Of a DNA stretch of 64,000 nt, positions 1 to 13,140 are shown piece after piece. The stretch is from the NCBI RefSeq assembly GCF_009914755.1, contig NC_060926.1. The stretch is one strand, 5' to 3'. The stretch comes from the human T2T-CHM13v2.0 reference genome, Homo sapiens. The position numbers and the translations under genes were made by a program. Below the pieces are notes generated by a model that saw only the letters and a program-made list of their open reading frames with translations, did not search any database and was not told the DNA's origin. Positions within the stretch are counted from its first letter, which is position 1. Each line of letters starts with the position of its first letter.

Positions 1-139
1 CACCAACCTGGTAGTAAGTGAGAGCTGGGCAGGGATAGGTTGAAATTTGTAATGAGAAGTCAGTGGTCTTATCTTGGAACATATTAGTCTTAACCAGCTG
101 GTATCAAAACCCCTTATATTTAGTTTGCTATGCATGTCA

Positions 140-410
140 TGGTTTGTACAGTTTATCTGACCCATTGCCATCAACATCCACATTTTTCCACCCAACATCA
201 TGCTCTGTGCCATTAAGAGCATTGTTGATGCCCTGCTTCCATTGCCTACAGTTTTCCTTTGCAGTAGCTGGCTCCCATTTTGAAAGTTTCAACGTCCATG
301 TGTGGTACATCATGACTGCTGCTTGGCTGATGGTGATTTTGATATGCCTCATGATTTCAGAATTGACAGAATGTGAAAAAATTGTGCAATTTAGAATCAA
401 TAAAATAGAG
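140..410 (-). mobile_element. Kanga1/MER104-like TcMar-Tc2 DNA transposon fragment
   Basis: Minus strand starts ctctattttattgattctaaattgcacaattttttcacatt, resembling the Kanga/MER104 terminus. ORF 137..427(-) contains KQGINNALNGTEHDVGW, like the pogo/Tc2 transposase C-terminal motif (KKCGISNALDGTEDDxLW). Confidence 0.65.
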
Positions 411-2929
411 TAATAATTTGATAACAATAAAGTCTAATTCTCATCTCGGAGAGTAGAACCAATCAAATGTTTAAACTCCCATTAGAGAAGTAGTTAATTC
501 TGGGAGATAAGTAAAAAAAGTATCATAAAACTACAGTGCAAAAATATTTACCCCCTTGTAGACAGATCCTGACGACCCCTCTTCAAACCTAAAGGGCAGT
601 TTTTATTGTTTGTTTTGCTCTGATCCTTATAATTGTAGCATTAATTTTATTTCCTCAACTTAACAATTAACTACTTTTTCAAGTCTTTTTCTACTGGGAA
701 AGTATCTTGTTCCCAAAGAAATAATCTAAACCATGTAAAGAGACAAAGCCTGAAGTGTTTTGCCTGTAGAATTGCTGTGCCACGGGATGAAATTAGAAAG
801 GATTAAGATACTCAAAGGTACATTTTTAATTGGATTTTTTAATTGGATGGATTTGAACTTGGCTCCATTGTAACTTGCCCAATAAGCATAATGGTAGCTC
901 CCAAGAAGTCAAGTCCAGCAGCAATCAGGACTGTGACTTTTGGACTCACTGATTTCCCAGAAATGGTGTGTGTGCCTATTCACATACTGTGTGGGGATGC
1001 GGAGGGAGAGAACCGAAAATCTATTTATATTGTTAATATTATGCTTTCCTCTGAAAGATTACCCAAAATGTCAGGCTTACAGATAATGGCCACATTGCCT
1101 TATGACTAGAATGGGTGAAGGAAGAAATTTCATATATTACCAGGCAAATGAAGAGTTTTAGAAGCCCCATACGGTGAACAGATGTTAGGGCTCCATTCCC
1201 TCTTGTGCCTGATAGTAATTCAAATTAAAATAATACTAAGTCAGAAAATGAGCTTTTATTTCTCCAACAACATTCTGATTTCTCCATGACTATTTTGACA
1301 CTTTTTTTTTTGAGATATGAAAAATCTTGTTTCTTCTTTTTGAACAAAAGAAATGTCAGCCACCTGGCATTGCTAATGTCCTGAACATATGCTTTGTCTG
1401 CCTGCTGGGTAATCCACACTGGGTGGCATCTTGGTTTGCTTCTGGATCAGGAAATGCTCTCAGCTTTAGGCTGTGCAGAATGGAGACATTCGAATAAAAT
1501 CATGAACGTTTTTTGTGTTCATTTGTGAGCAAAATCCCTCCCGTACCCCTTCCCTAACCCAGCATCAAATGGGTTGTTTCTCAAAGTACAATTCAGATTT
1601 TCTTTACTGCAGATTATTCACTCTGTTGGGTTTCTTTATCTGAAATTATCCTGGGGAACCTTTGTGTTTGAAGCTCAAAATGATATGAAAAGTCAAGTTA
1701 AAAAAAAAAAAAGGCAAACCTAAAAGCCGAAGGCGTGTGTTGGAAGCAGGAAAATCATTCCTTGAACTCCCCAGGAGTTGATCAAAGAGACAGCCATAAA
1801 TTGCAACAAAGGCAGAGATCTACTCTGCTCTGAAAGCCAGCCAGAAACACTGGAAATGTTTCATTATTTATTTCATTAATTCTGTGATAGCAATCTCTAC
1901 TGACAAGATTTGCAAATCTAATCATTTATTAATGAAACGTGTCTAGTAGATTGTGCCAAAGATCTTCCTGAGGTCCCAGCCTCTGAATGGCGGCAGCCCT
2001 TTGCGAACTACCAGCTTGCTCTCTTGCCACAATGTCACACGGAGGTTTCCAGGATCCTCACTAGAGGTATGTCTCTCCCTCTGAGCTCAGAGGATATTCA
2101 AAGATGGCTCCCAGGCACAGCCTGCTCTAAGGACCAGCAGGATGGCCACTTTCCAGGATGAGTATAGCAAACATGGTTTCTATTCAAAGAGAACATTTTC
2201 TGAGAATCACAACATGGTATGTATGGTTTTAAGTCATGGTACAGACAGGAATGGATCTTTTAAGCTGTATTTCCATTGTTCTTACTCACCTTGATGCAGA
2301 TAAGGTTAACCTGACTCTTGACTAAGACATTGATTTTTTTCTGGAAATTTTTTCTGTGGTTTCAGATATTTCCAAAATCTCAGCCTGTTTCCTTGGCGAC
2401 TGTCTAAGGCTTTATTCCCTATAAACCAATGTGGCATGATTCATCAGTAAACAGTGAAGCAGCAGCCACCCAACTTACAGGCTTCCTAAAGATTTCCTGG
2501 AAAGCGATCCCTGCCCTGAGCTATTTCGCAGGCTCTGTTGTTGATATTTCACAGAGCGCAGCTAAAAAAATAATAAAAGTCCTATAACCGTGTGCATGGG
2601 GAACAACAGCGTTTATGGAGCTAATGAAATGCAGAAATGAAAACCCCTCAGCAAAGCCCCTTTAGATGTGCCTAAGCTCTGTTCATTAATCTGTGATAAT
2701 TAGACTTATTTGCAAAGGTTAACAGCAGTGGCACATGGTAATTAAGCACTCCTTCTCTACCAGAGGGATCGAAAATGCTTCTCATGTGACACGTTTCCAG
2801 TCTTCAGGACATTTTATGTCTACTTTATAGCTCAGGTTTCCTATAGGAGAAAGAAGTTTTCTATACAGCCATGACCACATATCACTTTCTATAGTGAGAG
2901 GTAAAATCATATTTTACTTGTAGATTCTG

Positions 2930-3080
2930 AACTGAGAGTAACCTAGGGTGAGAATCATCACCTCCCTCACTGACTGCTATGTGACCTTGGGCAAGTTATT
3001 GAATTCTTTTTGCCTCAGTTTCCTCATCTGTAAAATGGGGATGATAATGCCTTCTTCAGAGTGTTGTGATAATTTAACAA
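2930..3080 (+). mobile_element. MIR SINE, 5' part and core
   Basis: MIR core: tgtgaccttgggcaagttatt...tgcctcagtttcctcatctgtaaaatgggg. Confidence 0.85.
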
Positions 3081-3084
3081 TGAC

Positions 3085-3225
3085 AATGATAATAGCTAAC
3101 GTTCACTGAGCAATTAATATGCCATGTACTGTTCTAAGTCCCTCATATACACCCATTAAGTCTCATTTTAAAGTTGAGGAAATTCACACACAAGAGATTG
3201 AATAGCTTGCCCAAGACCAAGCTTT
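3085..3225 (-). mobile_element. MIR SINE fragment
   Basis: ataatagctaacgttcactgagc...cattttaaagttgaggaaatt...agcttgcccaagacca resembles antisense MIR. Confidence 0.7.
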
Positions 3226-3499
3226 GGAAGCAAATAATTTAATTCACTTTAAGACATTCAAGTCCCTTGGGAGCAAACTTCCAGAAAGTGAGCACAGATT
3301 TACTGCTTTGAAGACGACATCTCCCACTTGCCTCTAGAATACAAATAATATTTACACATTGAAACAACCTTATCCTTGGCAGTAGTCATCATCTGGGCTT
3401 GGGCTAGGTATAGTGGCATATCTATGAAGGAATATTAATGAAGAATTACTGAAATACAGAAAGGAGAAGTTCCACTTTTCTTCAGTTTTAATAATTGCA

Positions 3500-3585
3500 T
3501 TAAATGTGGTAATATATGCAGAGCTCATAGCACAATGCTCGGTGCATACTGAATGCTCAATAAATAGTAGCTATTATTATTATGA
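3500..3585 (+). mobile_element. MIR 3' end
   Basis: taaatgtggtaatatatgc...agcacaatgctcggtgcatactgaatgctcaataaatagtagctattatta matches the MIR 3' tail. Confidence 0.75.
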
Positions 3586-5751
3586 TAGACATGAATGCGC
3601 AGAAAAGCTGCACAAAGGGTGCAGCTTGTCTCTAGACATACTCTAGACGCACATGTCTCTAGACATACTCAAGATTGCACTCATCCGGATTTTGATCCAT
3701 TTCAGTCAAAAATAGCTAGGTAGTTTATTGTATTAAAAAGAAGGGAGGAAAAAGGGAAAGAAGGGAGGGAGGCGAGACGAAGTGAGGAAAGAATAGGAAA
3801 CTTATTCTAAAAAGTAACCATACTTGCCAGTTCTTAAATCTTGGAAAGCAAGATTTAAAAGGTCATAGGTCCTAAAAAGAAGAAGGTAGTTTTGCTTGTA
3901 TTTTAAGATGTTACCAGACCAAGTCAGGAAATAATAATGGGATACAATTGGCTTGCTCCAAGACAGTGCTCATTTTTAACTCATATTCCAGGAGAACCTC
4001 ACTTTTATTAGTCTTGCTCTCTGTTCACATTGTGGTTGAAGCCATGCTCATGTTTCTCACAGGCAGTCTAGAGTCAGGATCTCAGCAGAGAAATGAAAGC
4101 CCAAAGCCTGAGCTTGGCTGATTTTTCATACACAGTTGGTACGTTCATTAGCAGTTCCTGACTCCTCTCTGCATGGGTGTACAAATGGGCAGGATGGCAC
4201 TTGGTTTTCAAGTCCTCTTTTTACTTTTTCTTGGGGGGTGGCAGGCGTGGGGGTGGTGCTTTTGAAAGACAAGCATTGACACTTTCCACAAAAAAAGAAA
4301 AATCCCTTGCAGCACCAAGGAAAGAATTAAAGGAGCTCTAAGCAATGATCTGGGAAGTTCCACCAGTGCTCATTCACATGGGGAATCATTCCCACGCCTT
4401 CCTGCAGCTGGGAGGAACACAAGGCAATCTCTAGTTTATTCTTGCATTTCCCGTATCTCACCTTTGTCAGTTCTGACCTGAATTTCCTCTGCAGGATCAA
4501 CCTTTCCTTCAGCTTGTGGCATGCAGATACCGTTTTACGAGAGAGCATCCCTGAAACCAACACAGCTCTGTTTGCTTCAGCTTTCTTTTTGGAAGGGTGG
4601 GGAGGCTTCTAATTGGGCTAACTGGCAACAAATGGCATATTTTGGTGGAGTTTTCCATTCATATGTTAAAAGAAGACACAAGATTTAACCAAGTAATTGT
4701 TCAGGAGGAGGCACTCTGTTGCCACCATTCTGTGGTATTGAATGAACTCAACGTAGTGGAGCTTTAAAAAAAAAATGTGTAAATATCTTTAGGTTGTCCA
4801 GTTTGCAGCACCTGCAGTATTCTTTCCATTTTCCCTTCATTAATTGAACCAGACAGAATATGAGTCTGGTCTTTACCTGCCCTCTCTAACTCTTCTTCTC
4901 ATTTAATAACCCTTTTACTTAAGATTTCTTTTTCCCTTAGCTTATGACAGTGGATCTGATGACGCAAAATAAGAGATCTCTGCACACTGAGCCTCAGAGA
5001 TAAAGTTCAAAGTGTAATTATTGAAGTAGCTGTGTATCTTGGATTTGAATTCAGAGAAACTGAGCTTGAACGACGAAGATGGAAAGAGATAGAAAAAGAT
5101 TCCTCTTGTTAAAGTAAATTAATTAGTTGGATTTATATGAGGAGACAGAAGGGAAGAAGTCAGGCTGTGTCCCATATTAATAACTCACTTGGGAGAAGCC
5201 AGATTGGATTGAAAGCAAAAGACAAAGAGGGAGGGGGCTATTGTGCTACCTTATAAAAGAAGTAGCCTCAGTTTTCCTGTCTTTGCACTCTATAACCCGT
5301 ACATAGACAAACACACATCCTCATTCCTGACATGAAAATGATGTCATCTTTCTTTTTGACTCACCAACCAGACTACATTAATCCCCTGCAGCGTGTGGGC
5401 CAGCAGGAGGCTGCTTAAGGGACTTCAGGCCTGTGAATAAATGATGACCCAGTGGTTAGGGGCGGCAGCCTAGATACATTCAGGATGCATTAAAGCAATT
5501 AGCTGGAAGAGGAGTGAGAGCACAATTTCCAATCCCCAAGAAGGACCAGACCATGCTTGGAACAGGGTGAGGAACTCTACAGCCTACAGCTGGTAAGAGC
5601 CACTTAGCAAAATGGCTGCACATGAAAGGAGTTTACAGTCTCAGCCCCTTGGCCTTGTTTGATACTAGTGCCATTAAGGGGGCATTTCAGGATCATGGGA
5701 GCCATGAAGCTGATTACTTTTGCAAATCACTGCATTAGAACCAGGCTTGTC

Positions 5752-6398
<647 letters not shown>

Positions 6399-8307
6399 GT
6401 GACCTGTACTTTAAATGGCTTCTGAGTTAGATTCAACCAGAAACATAAGGTTGCATTCTAGAACCGCCAAGCACATTTTGTGCATGGATACATCTCAGTT
6501 CCTGCATCTGAAAGGTTTACCACTAGCCTTGCATGGCAGCCTGCTGTAAACATGGCCACAACTCTTTGTGAGGCTTCCACCCTCACAAATGCAGAGATGC
6601 AGCACTGGAATATACACACTCCACTATTTCAACCTGGTCAGGGATGATGGCCATGGAGTAGTTATTAGAACAAAGGAGTAGTCTGAACATGAATTTCAAT
6701 CCAACAGATTTGGGCAGTGTTGATGCCCACCAGAATAAGAACAGCCAAGAATGTCACAAGCTAAACAAAATGCCAGCCAAAGCAGCCTGAGATCCAGAAA
6801 CTGCTTGGCATATTTTGTGATACTCACTTCACAGTGGGATGAGAGGCGAGAAATAGCCTCTAATATACAAGAACAACCTAGCCAAGGTCCACAGTTCTGA
6901 TTTCTCTTAATATGTACTAGAATCTTTCTATGATGTTCCCTGCCTCTTTAAATCAATAGAGCTTTGTCTCTTTTTCTCTTGTTCAGATGAATTTCCAATT
7001 GGAAATGTCATTTAAAGACAAAGAAAGAGCTCTGATGACTTAAGGAAACCAAATCACGCCTCTTCTATGAAACTTCCTCCTCCTTCCTGCCCTCCTCCAA
7101 ACCCTTAGATGCTTTTCTCACTTCTTGCTTTTAATCTTTCCTCTCCTCCTGCCCAATCACTTAGCGTAAATGGGATGGAAGTGCTAAGTGGCTGCTCCCT
7201 CCCTCCTCTCAGCTGTACCACATTTGGGTGCTCCTAAAAGGCATCTCCCAGGCTGCTGTTGGCACCAAAGTCCTATGTTCGCAACCCTTTGCTTAAAACT
7301 AAAAGACAAAGCATGTGTTTAAAAGATGGCTGAGACACATGTGTGACTACTCTGCCCCCAAAGAGACTATAGCAGTAAAAAGTACCTGGTACAGGGTCAG
7401 AAAATGAATAATTCAAACTTTCCTCACATGCTGAATTAACCTTGACTTATTTCATGCCTCCCCGCCCCCATCACACCGATTTTGCTTCTCTCTGGGCTGG
7501 AGTGGGCTGGAGTCATTCAGGTGTACATTTTAATCCCTCCTGGAAACTTCTGCTCTATTTGAATCACAGAAAGTGAGAGCGATTGAATAAGTGTGAGCTC
7601 ACTGCCCTGCAGGAAGGGGTGTCGTGTGGAAGCCCACAGTGACCAGTGCTTGGGGCTTTAGCCACACCCGTGTAAAATGACCAGGGATGTCCTTTCACTA
7701 ATATTGCCGGCCAGAGGCTAAGGTGACTTGGGATTTAGGAAATGCCCCTCTTTTCACAACACTCATTTTTCTTTAAAAAGTCTTTTTCCCAATTTCCTTA
7801 TATTACCCCCAATAATAAAAACTGCCTCCTTCATTGCACCAAGAAAATAAAAACTCTTTTCTGACCCAGCTCTTGGAAGGCAGGCAGAGTAGGCACTCTT
7901 ATCTGTTTTAAAGTCATCTCATATTCCACAATACAATTACAGAATGTGGTGGTATGTTTCTCCCTTTATGTTAGGCACAAAGCCATCCAGGGGAGCAAGG
8001 TCTATGAAATAGGAAAGCCCAATTTGCACCCACATTGTTTTCGTAGGGTCTTCCCCCGACCTGCTTGGCAGGGGGCGTAGAAGCTGGTCAGAAGACACAT
8101 GTACAAGACCAGCTGAAAGGGGGATGTGAACACACCTGGGTACATAGTGTGGTTTTCTTGGTTAGGCTATGAAATAAATACTGTGTGTCTTAAAGGCAAC
8201 GTCTTTAAAAGAAGACGACGCACTCTGAGGTGAAAGGAAATCTGGGTTTTGCTTTAAGAAGCTTGTTCTCATTGGTAGGGCAAGGCTCATTTCTGTAAGA
8301 ATGCTCT

Positions 8308-8487
8308 CAGCACTGTCCCATAGAACTTTCTGGAATGATGGAAATGGTCTGTCTCTGTGTTGTCCAATATGAGAGCCACTACTCACATGTGGCCATTGAA
8401 TGATTAACTTTTAGCTACATAACTGAGAATCTGCATTTTTAATTTTATTGAATTTTAATTAATTTTTATTTAAACAGCCACATGTGC
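8308..8487 (+). mobile_element. MER3 hAT-Charlie MITE
   Basis: cagcactgtcccatagaactttctggaatgatggaaatg...cacatgtggcc...aattttaattaatt...cagccacatgtg. Confidence 0.85.
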
Positions 8488-8659
8488 AAGACAAGGTGAC
8501 CAGACAGATCCTATTCTCTGCTCCCTTTGTTTGTTTGCTTGTTTATTTAGAGCCAGCCCTGAGTATATCTATTCCCAGATACTCCCACCAGAAATTCTTT
8601 CAGCATTATCAACAAGGAGGAAGGAAGGGAGCAGCTTCCTGGATTGGATTCAGCTTCCT

Positions 8660-8860
8660 GTAGGTGCCAGGCCTGGGAAAAGTGCTTCCACATATCAAAC
8701 TCATTTATCTGTGGTTGAATCCTTACAACTCTGCTCTATGTGACACTCTGTCCTCATTTTATAGCTGAGGAATCTGGAGGTGACAAATTTTGGTAAGTGA
8801 ACTAAGCAGAAATGGAGTTTGAGTCTTTGCATCCAATCAGATAACCTTTCCATTACAAAG
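8660..8860 (-). mobile_element. MIR fragment
   Basis: aatccttacaactctgc...cctcattttatagctgaggaatctggagg resembles antisense MIR core. Confidence 0.6.
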
Positions 8861-9269
8861 AGATGGTGTTATTCCCAATGCTATCCCCATTTCACAAAGA
8901 GGGAAAACAAGTCACTAATTACAGAACAAAGACCAGGGAGAAGTGGTAGGCACATAAGTTTGTGGTCTTTGTGGCTATGCATATCTTTCAGATTCAAGTG
9001 TATGTTGAAAGTACTCAATGAAGGAGTGTCTAATAAACTTTCATTTCTTGGTATCCAAGGTGTGGCAGGCAGGCCTGAAATGACCAATTCAAAGTCCCTC
9101 TTGTTGCTACTGAAGCATGTTTGAGACCTGCGAGGAGGAGGAGGCCTCTATCAGAGCAAAGAATTTGGAGCTGCTTCCAATCTGAAACTTCCTTAGCGTT
9201 GTAAAAAGCACCCTTCATTCGAAATCGCTCAGTGCCTGGACTCAGAGAAAGTGGGAGAGTTACCAAGGC

Positions 9270-9680
9270 TCGGGTACGTCTAGCACCCCTAGCCACCACG
9301 GTGCTAACCAGGAGGGTGATGAGGAGAAAGCTTTTCTCTGCTGGTAGCCATTCATGCAAGAAGTTTCCTAGAAGGTGATGTTGATTGTAATTAGAGCCTC
9401 CTCTCTGGGCGGACGAGGGGGCGGGGCGGAGGGGGGGTGGTTGTCTCAAATCCCAGTCCCGCAAATGCAGCTGGTGGCTGGGAAGCTGCCGCCTGGCATT
9501 CTCTCCAGAGAGAGTCTCAGCTGCTCTTGCTGTCTAGAATGATCACTTGGTGTAGTTTCCCAGGGTATGAGGTGGGGGGAGGGGGAAGATGGCAGCTCGG
9601 CCATGACGCGGAAGGGGGCAGTGACCGTCATGCAGGCGGCTTTTCACAGCGTGTGTCTGCCCCTGCCCGGGCAGCAGACT
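9270..9680. promoter_or_regulatory. GC/CpG-enriched enhancer- or promoter-like element with GC boxes
   Basis: gggcggacgagggggcggggcggagggggggtgg (9407-9440, Sp/KLF boxes). TGACG next to CGGAAG at about 9604-9614. Local CpG excess over the rest of the window. Confidence 0.5.
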
Positions 9681-10236
9681 TCAGTTCCTCCCTGGTCCCT
9701 TGCTGGCTGTTCACTTTCTACACCAATGGGCTCTGAGGTGACAAGTTCAATTCCCAGCTCTGTCAAACCTGCATTTTCTTCCCTGACCTACTTTCCCCAC
9801 TCTGCAGTGTTGGAACAATGCCTCGCTCTGTTCCCTGTTTAGACCCATCTTTTGCCTGCGCTGGTGCAGAAGCCCAGGCCTTTGCCAGGCTTTTTGCCTT
9901 GAATCCCTGACAAGTGTTGATGGGAAAATAAAAAAAGAGAAGGGGGAAAAAAATCCTTGCTATAAAACAGTCCAGCTCTCCCACAGATGCCCAGACTCCG
10001 GAGGGAGTGAAAGCTTCTCAGCAGCAAGGAAAGAAATCAAAAGGTTGTGCTTCTCCTCTCATCACCTCTCCCCTCTCCCCAGCCCCCAAGGCACAGTGAG
10101 AAGAAACTGAGGCAATGCCAAGAACACCCCGACCTCATGAGCTTCAAAGAAGCTGCTGCTGCAGTTCCCGGTTCTGAGGCACCTCCAAGACCACTCTCAT
10201 CCAAACTCTCAAAACACTCCCCTTGGGTGAGCTGTC

Positions 10237-10246
10237 CCTTAAAAGG
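10237..10246. promoter_or_regulatory. Consensus CArG box CCTTAAAAGG
   Basis: Exact CC(A/T)6GG match. Function untested. Confidence 0.35.
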
Positions 10247-10479
10247 AACAGGGCTGGGCCTTCACAAAGGCTCCTGTGAGACTTCTACCCCCTATGGGTC
10301 TGGTAGCACCAAGGGATTTCTCATGCTATGACCACAGACATCATCAAGAGGGTAGAGAGACCAAGTGGCCAGTGAATTGGCACACATGAAGATTCTTTGT
10401 GATCTGTAAAGAAAGTGTAAAATCTGCAACAAACTGTGGAATAATCTGACATAGGAAGAGGTGGATGGTACAGAAGAAC

Positions 10480-10660
10480 AATAAAATAATAGCCAGCCTT
10501 TATTGACTGGTTGCTTCATGCCACTACTGCTCTGTGTGCTTTTACATGTATAAAATGCGTATTTGTCATAAGACCCTTTGAAACGGCCCTACTGTCACTC
10601 CTATTTTATAGATGATGAAGCCCAGGACAGCACAAGGCTAGTGAGTGGTGCTGCACCCAC
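10480..10660 (-). mobile_element. MIR fragment
   Basis: ataatagccagcctttattgac...cctattttatagatgatgaagcccagg...cacaaggctagtgagtgg. Confidence 0.65.
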
Positions 10661-10889
10661 GGAGTCTCTCCAGAGCCTGCACCTCTTACCCTCAGCTCGC
10701 CCTCCCCTCTGCTCCATCTTACACTCCAAGAACAGCTTGGTGGGCTGTGTCCTCCACAGCATGCCAGCAGCCCCCTCCTCCCACTCCAGCAAACCCCAGC
10801 CAAGACCACTCTGGCCCTGTTCCTCCAAGTGAACCCGAAACAACAGCCTCCTCCAGAACATCCTCCCTACTTCAGTTACTCCATTAGTT

Positions 10890-11392
10890 TCCTAAGATAA
10901 TGTGGGCAAACATTTCTCAAATAATCCCTGTGGACAGCTGCCCATGCTGGGCACAGATAGGGCCTTCCCTGAGCTCACCCCCTCCTAGACCCTCCCAGTC
11001 TGGGGTGCACACATAGTCAGTCTGTGCAGAGAGGTGTTAAGAGGAAATCTGCTGGGGGACAGCAGGGGATGATTTTCCTCCTGGATAAAAGGAAAGAGCT
11101 CTACAAGGAACATGTTTTTTGCATCCTCTTTTCTGTTTGGCCCGCTGCCACATGAGGACACAGAGTTTAGAGTTGAAGCATCTTTTTCAAAATTATGAGA
11201 GAAATCACCTCTGAGATATTAAGGATAAAAATGTGAAAAGTCCCAGGAACTTGATGTCATTGAGCTGCTCCACCAACCCTGGAACTGCTGACTTCCAGAC
11301 TTATTGTTAGATTTTTAAAAATTAATTTATATGATTAGTCTACCACCAGTTAGGATTCTGTTACTTGTAGCCCAAAGCACCTAACTGATAGA
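10890..11392 (+). mobile_element. MLT1J-like MaLR solo LTR
   Basis: 3' end ttctgttacttgtagcccaaagcacctaactgata is typical of MLT1J/K. Confidence 0.65.
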
Positions 11393-11559
11393 GTTACCTA
11401 AAAGCAGGCCCCGAGAAAGGGTGTGAAATGACTTCTTCTTCTCAGTGTTGGCCCTGCCTACCCCACTGCTACTCACCTGACTTACTTATCTCCTGCTCCT
11501 CTCCCCAGATGCTCCAGGAAAGGCCAACCTGGACGTCATCCTGCCTCATTTCCTGGCCC

Positions 11560-11830
11560 CTGCAATCACTACTCCTTCTACTGGAAAATTCCTCCCCAGT
11601 CTTCCCAAGGCTGCTTTCTTCTCTCCACTGACTTCATCTTGTCAGAGAGAAGTCCCCTGAGCACCCAACTTTGAGTGGCCACCCAGCAACTCTGTCTCAG
11701 TCACAATTTCCTTCATAGAAGTTATGACTCTATATAAATATCTTCATTGTTTGTTTAATGTCTCTGCACTTGACAGTTTGTTTGTCTTACCCAGAACATT
11801 ACTTGGCTCGTAGCAAAATTCTAGACATTG
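11560..11830 (+). mobile_element. L2 3' fragment
   Basis: tcagagagaagtcccctgagcacc...ttgtttgtttaatgtctctgcac...ccagaacattacttggctcgtagc resembles the L2 3' end. Confidence 0.55.
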
Positions 11831-11874
11831 GTGGGCACCAGAATCCCCTGCAGTGTTTTTTTTAGGAGTTTCAG

Positions 11875-11978
11875 GGGGTCCTTCTCCTCCTCTTTTTCCA
11901 CCCGCTACTTCTTCTCTTCCTTCTCTCCTCCTCTTCCTTTCTCTTCTTTCTTTCCTCCTTCATCTGCTCCTCCTTCAA
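11875..11978. repeat. CT-rich low-complexity tract
   Basis: About 100 bp almost entirely C/T on the + strand. Confidence 0.85.
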
Positions 11979-12819
11979 ATCTGAGTGATGCCCTTTGTGC
12001 CTCCATTGATGGTGTAGAAGACCTATGTCCCATACTATTCTTTACAAATCGTTAGAATCACGGTTAAAGTCCAAAAGCTGAAATCTCAGTTTGATCATCT
12101 CCAGTAAGGCTTGATTTTTAGGTATCATTCTAAACGGGGATTCTGTGATGGAATGACAATGTGAGGCTGTTTCTAAGCTTCTTGTGTTCGTTTTACTGTA
12201 TCGCTATGGTGGTTTTTAGTCTTTCAGACATTTTAATCTATGCTTAATTATGCTCATTCCCAGAGGTTCCTTAAAAGCAAATGGCACAATTTCTAAAAAA
12301 TCAAATAAATAATACACATGAGGCCTGCTAGGACTTGATAGGAGCCCATCTGAGCAGTTGAAGGAATGGCGGCCATCAGAGGGCCTGAGAACAAGGGTTT
12401 AGAGAATCATCGCCTTCCCTTTCAGCATTCACAGCCACTCAAGACAAATCTCCGAAACCTGGGGAGATAGAGTCTTTGCCAACTCTGTGCCCTAGCCTCT
12501 CCTCTCAAATTGGAATTGAGTCTGCTAAAATGGATTGGTTTTTGTGATCACTTTACCAAGAAGGATAACTGTAATTCATCTTTCTTCCAAAGGGGGCAAC
12601 ATGGAGTCCATCCCGGAGCACTGGGGAAAGGGACCCAGAGGCTGTCCTGCCACTCTGCACTAACAACAAGGAACAGTGTAAGGTTGGGGCATTGATGTCC
12701 CTTTCTAGGGCACCTGGAGCTCTTTTGGCTTGCGAATGGACATCTGCTGATTTTGCCTGTCTGGGACCTGGTCACTCTCTGCCACACTTTGGATCTTCCC
12801 TTGTGGCGGGCAGTCAAAG

Positions 12820-13140
12820 GGACCATCAGTTAAGGTTCCACACTCTTATCTAGCCAAGAGGTTGGAATGAAGCCCAAGCTGGGTCAGTCAGATTCGCATA
12901 GGAATTTTAACCTTGAACAGGAAAAGGAAAGAAATTGAAGATGACGTGAAACACTGGTACTTCCCTAAAGAGACTATTACTTCCTGCTACTTAAATTCTC
13001 TAGTTCCAGTACTTTCTGATACTTGATTTTCAGCATTGGCTTTTGCTAAATGACTACTACATATCCTTCAATTAACTCCTCTTTTCCCTTGTGAGTTGAC
13101 AGAGTAAAATCTGTAACTTACAACAAAATGACTAAATTAT
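12820..13140 (+). mobile_element. Old MLT1 (K/L/N-like) LTR fragment
   Basis: gcccaagctgggtcagtcagattc...ggaattttaaccttg...ctgtaacttacaacaaaatgactaaattata. Confidence 0.45.
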
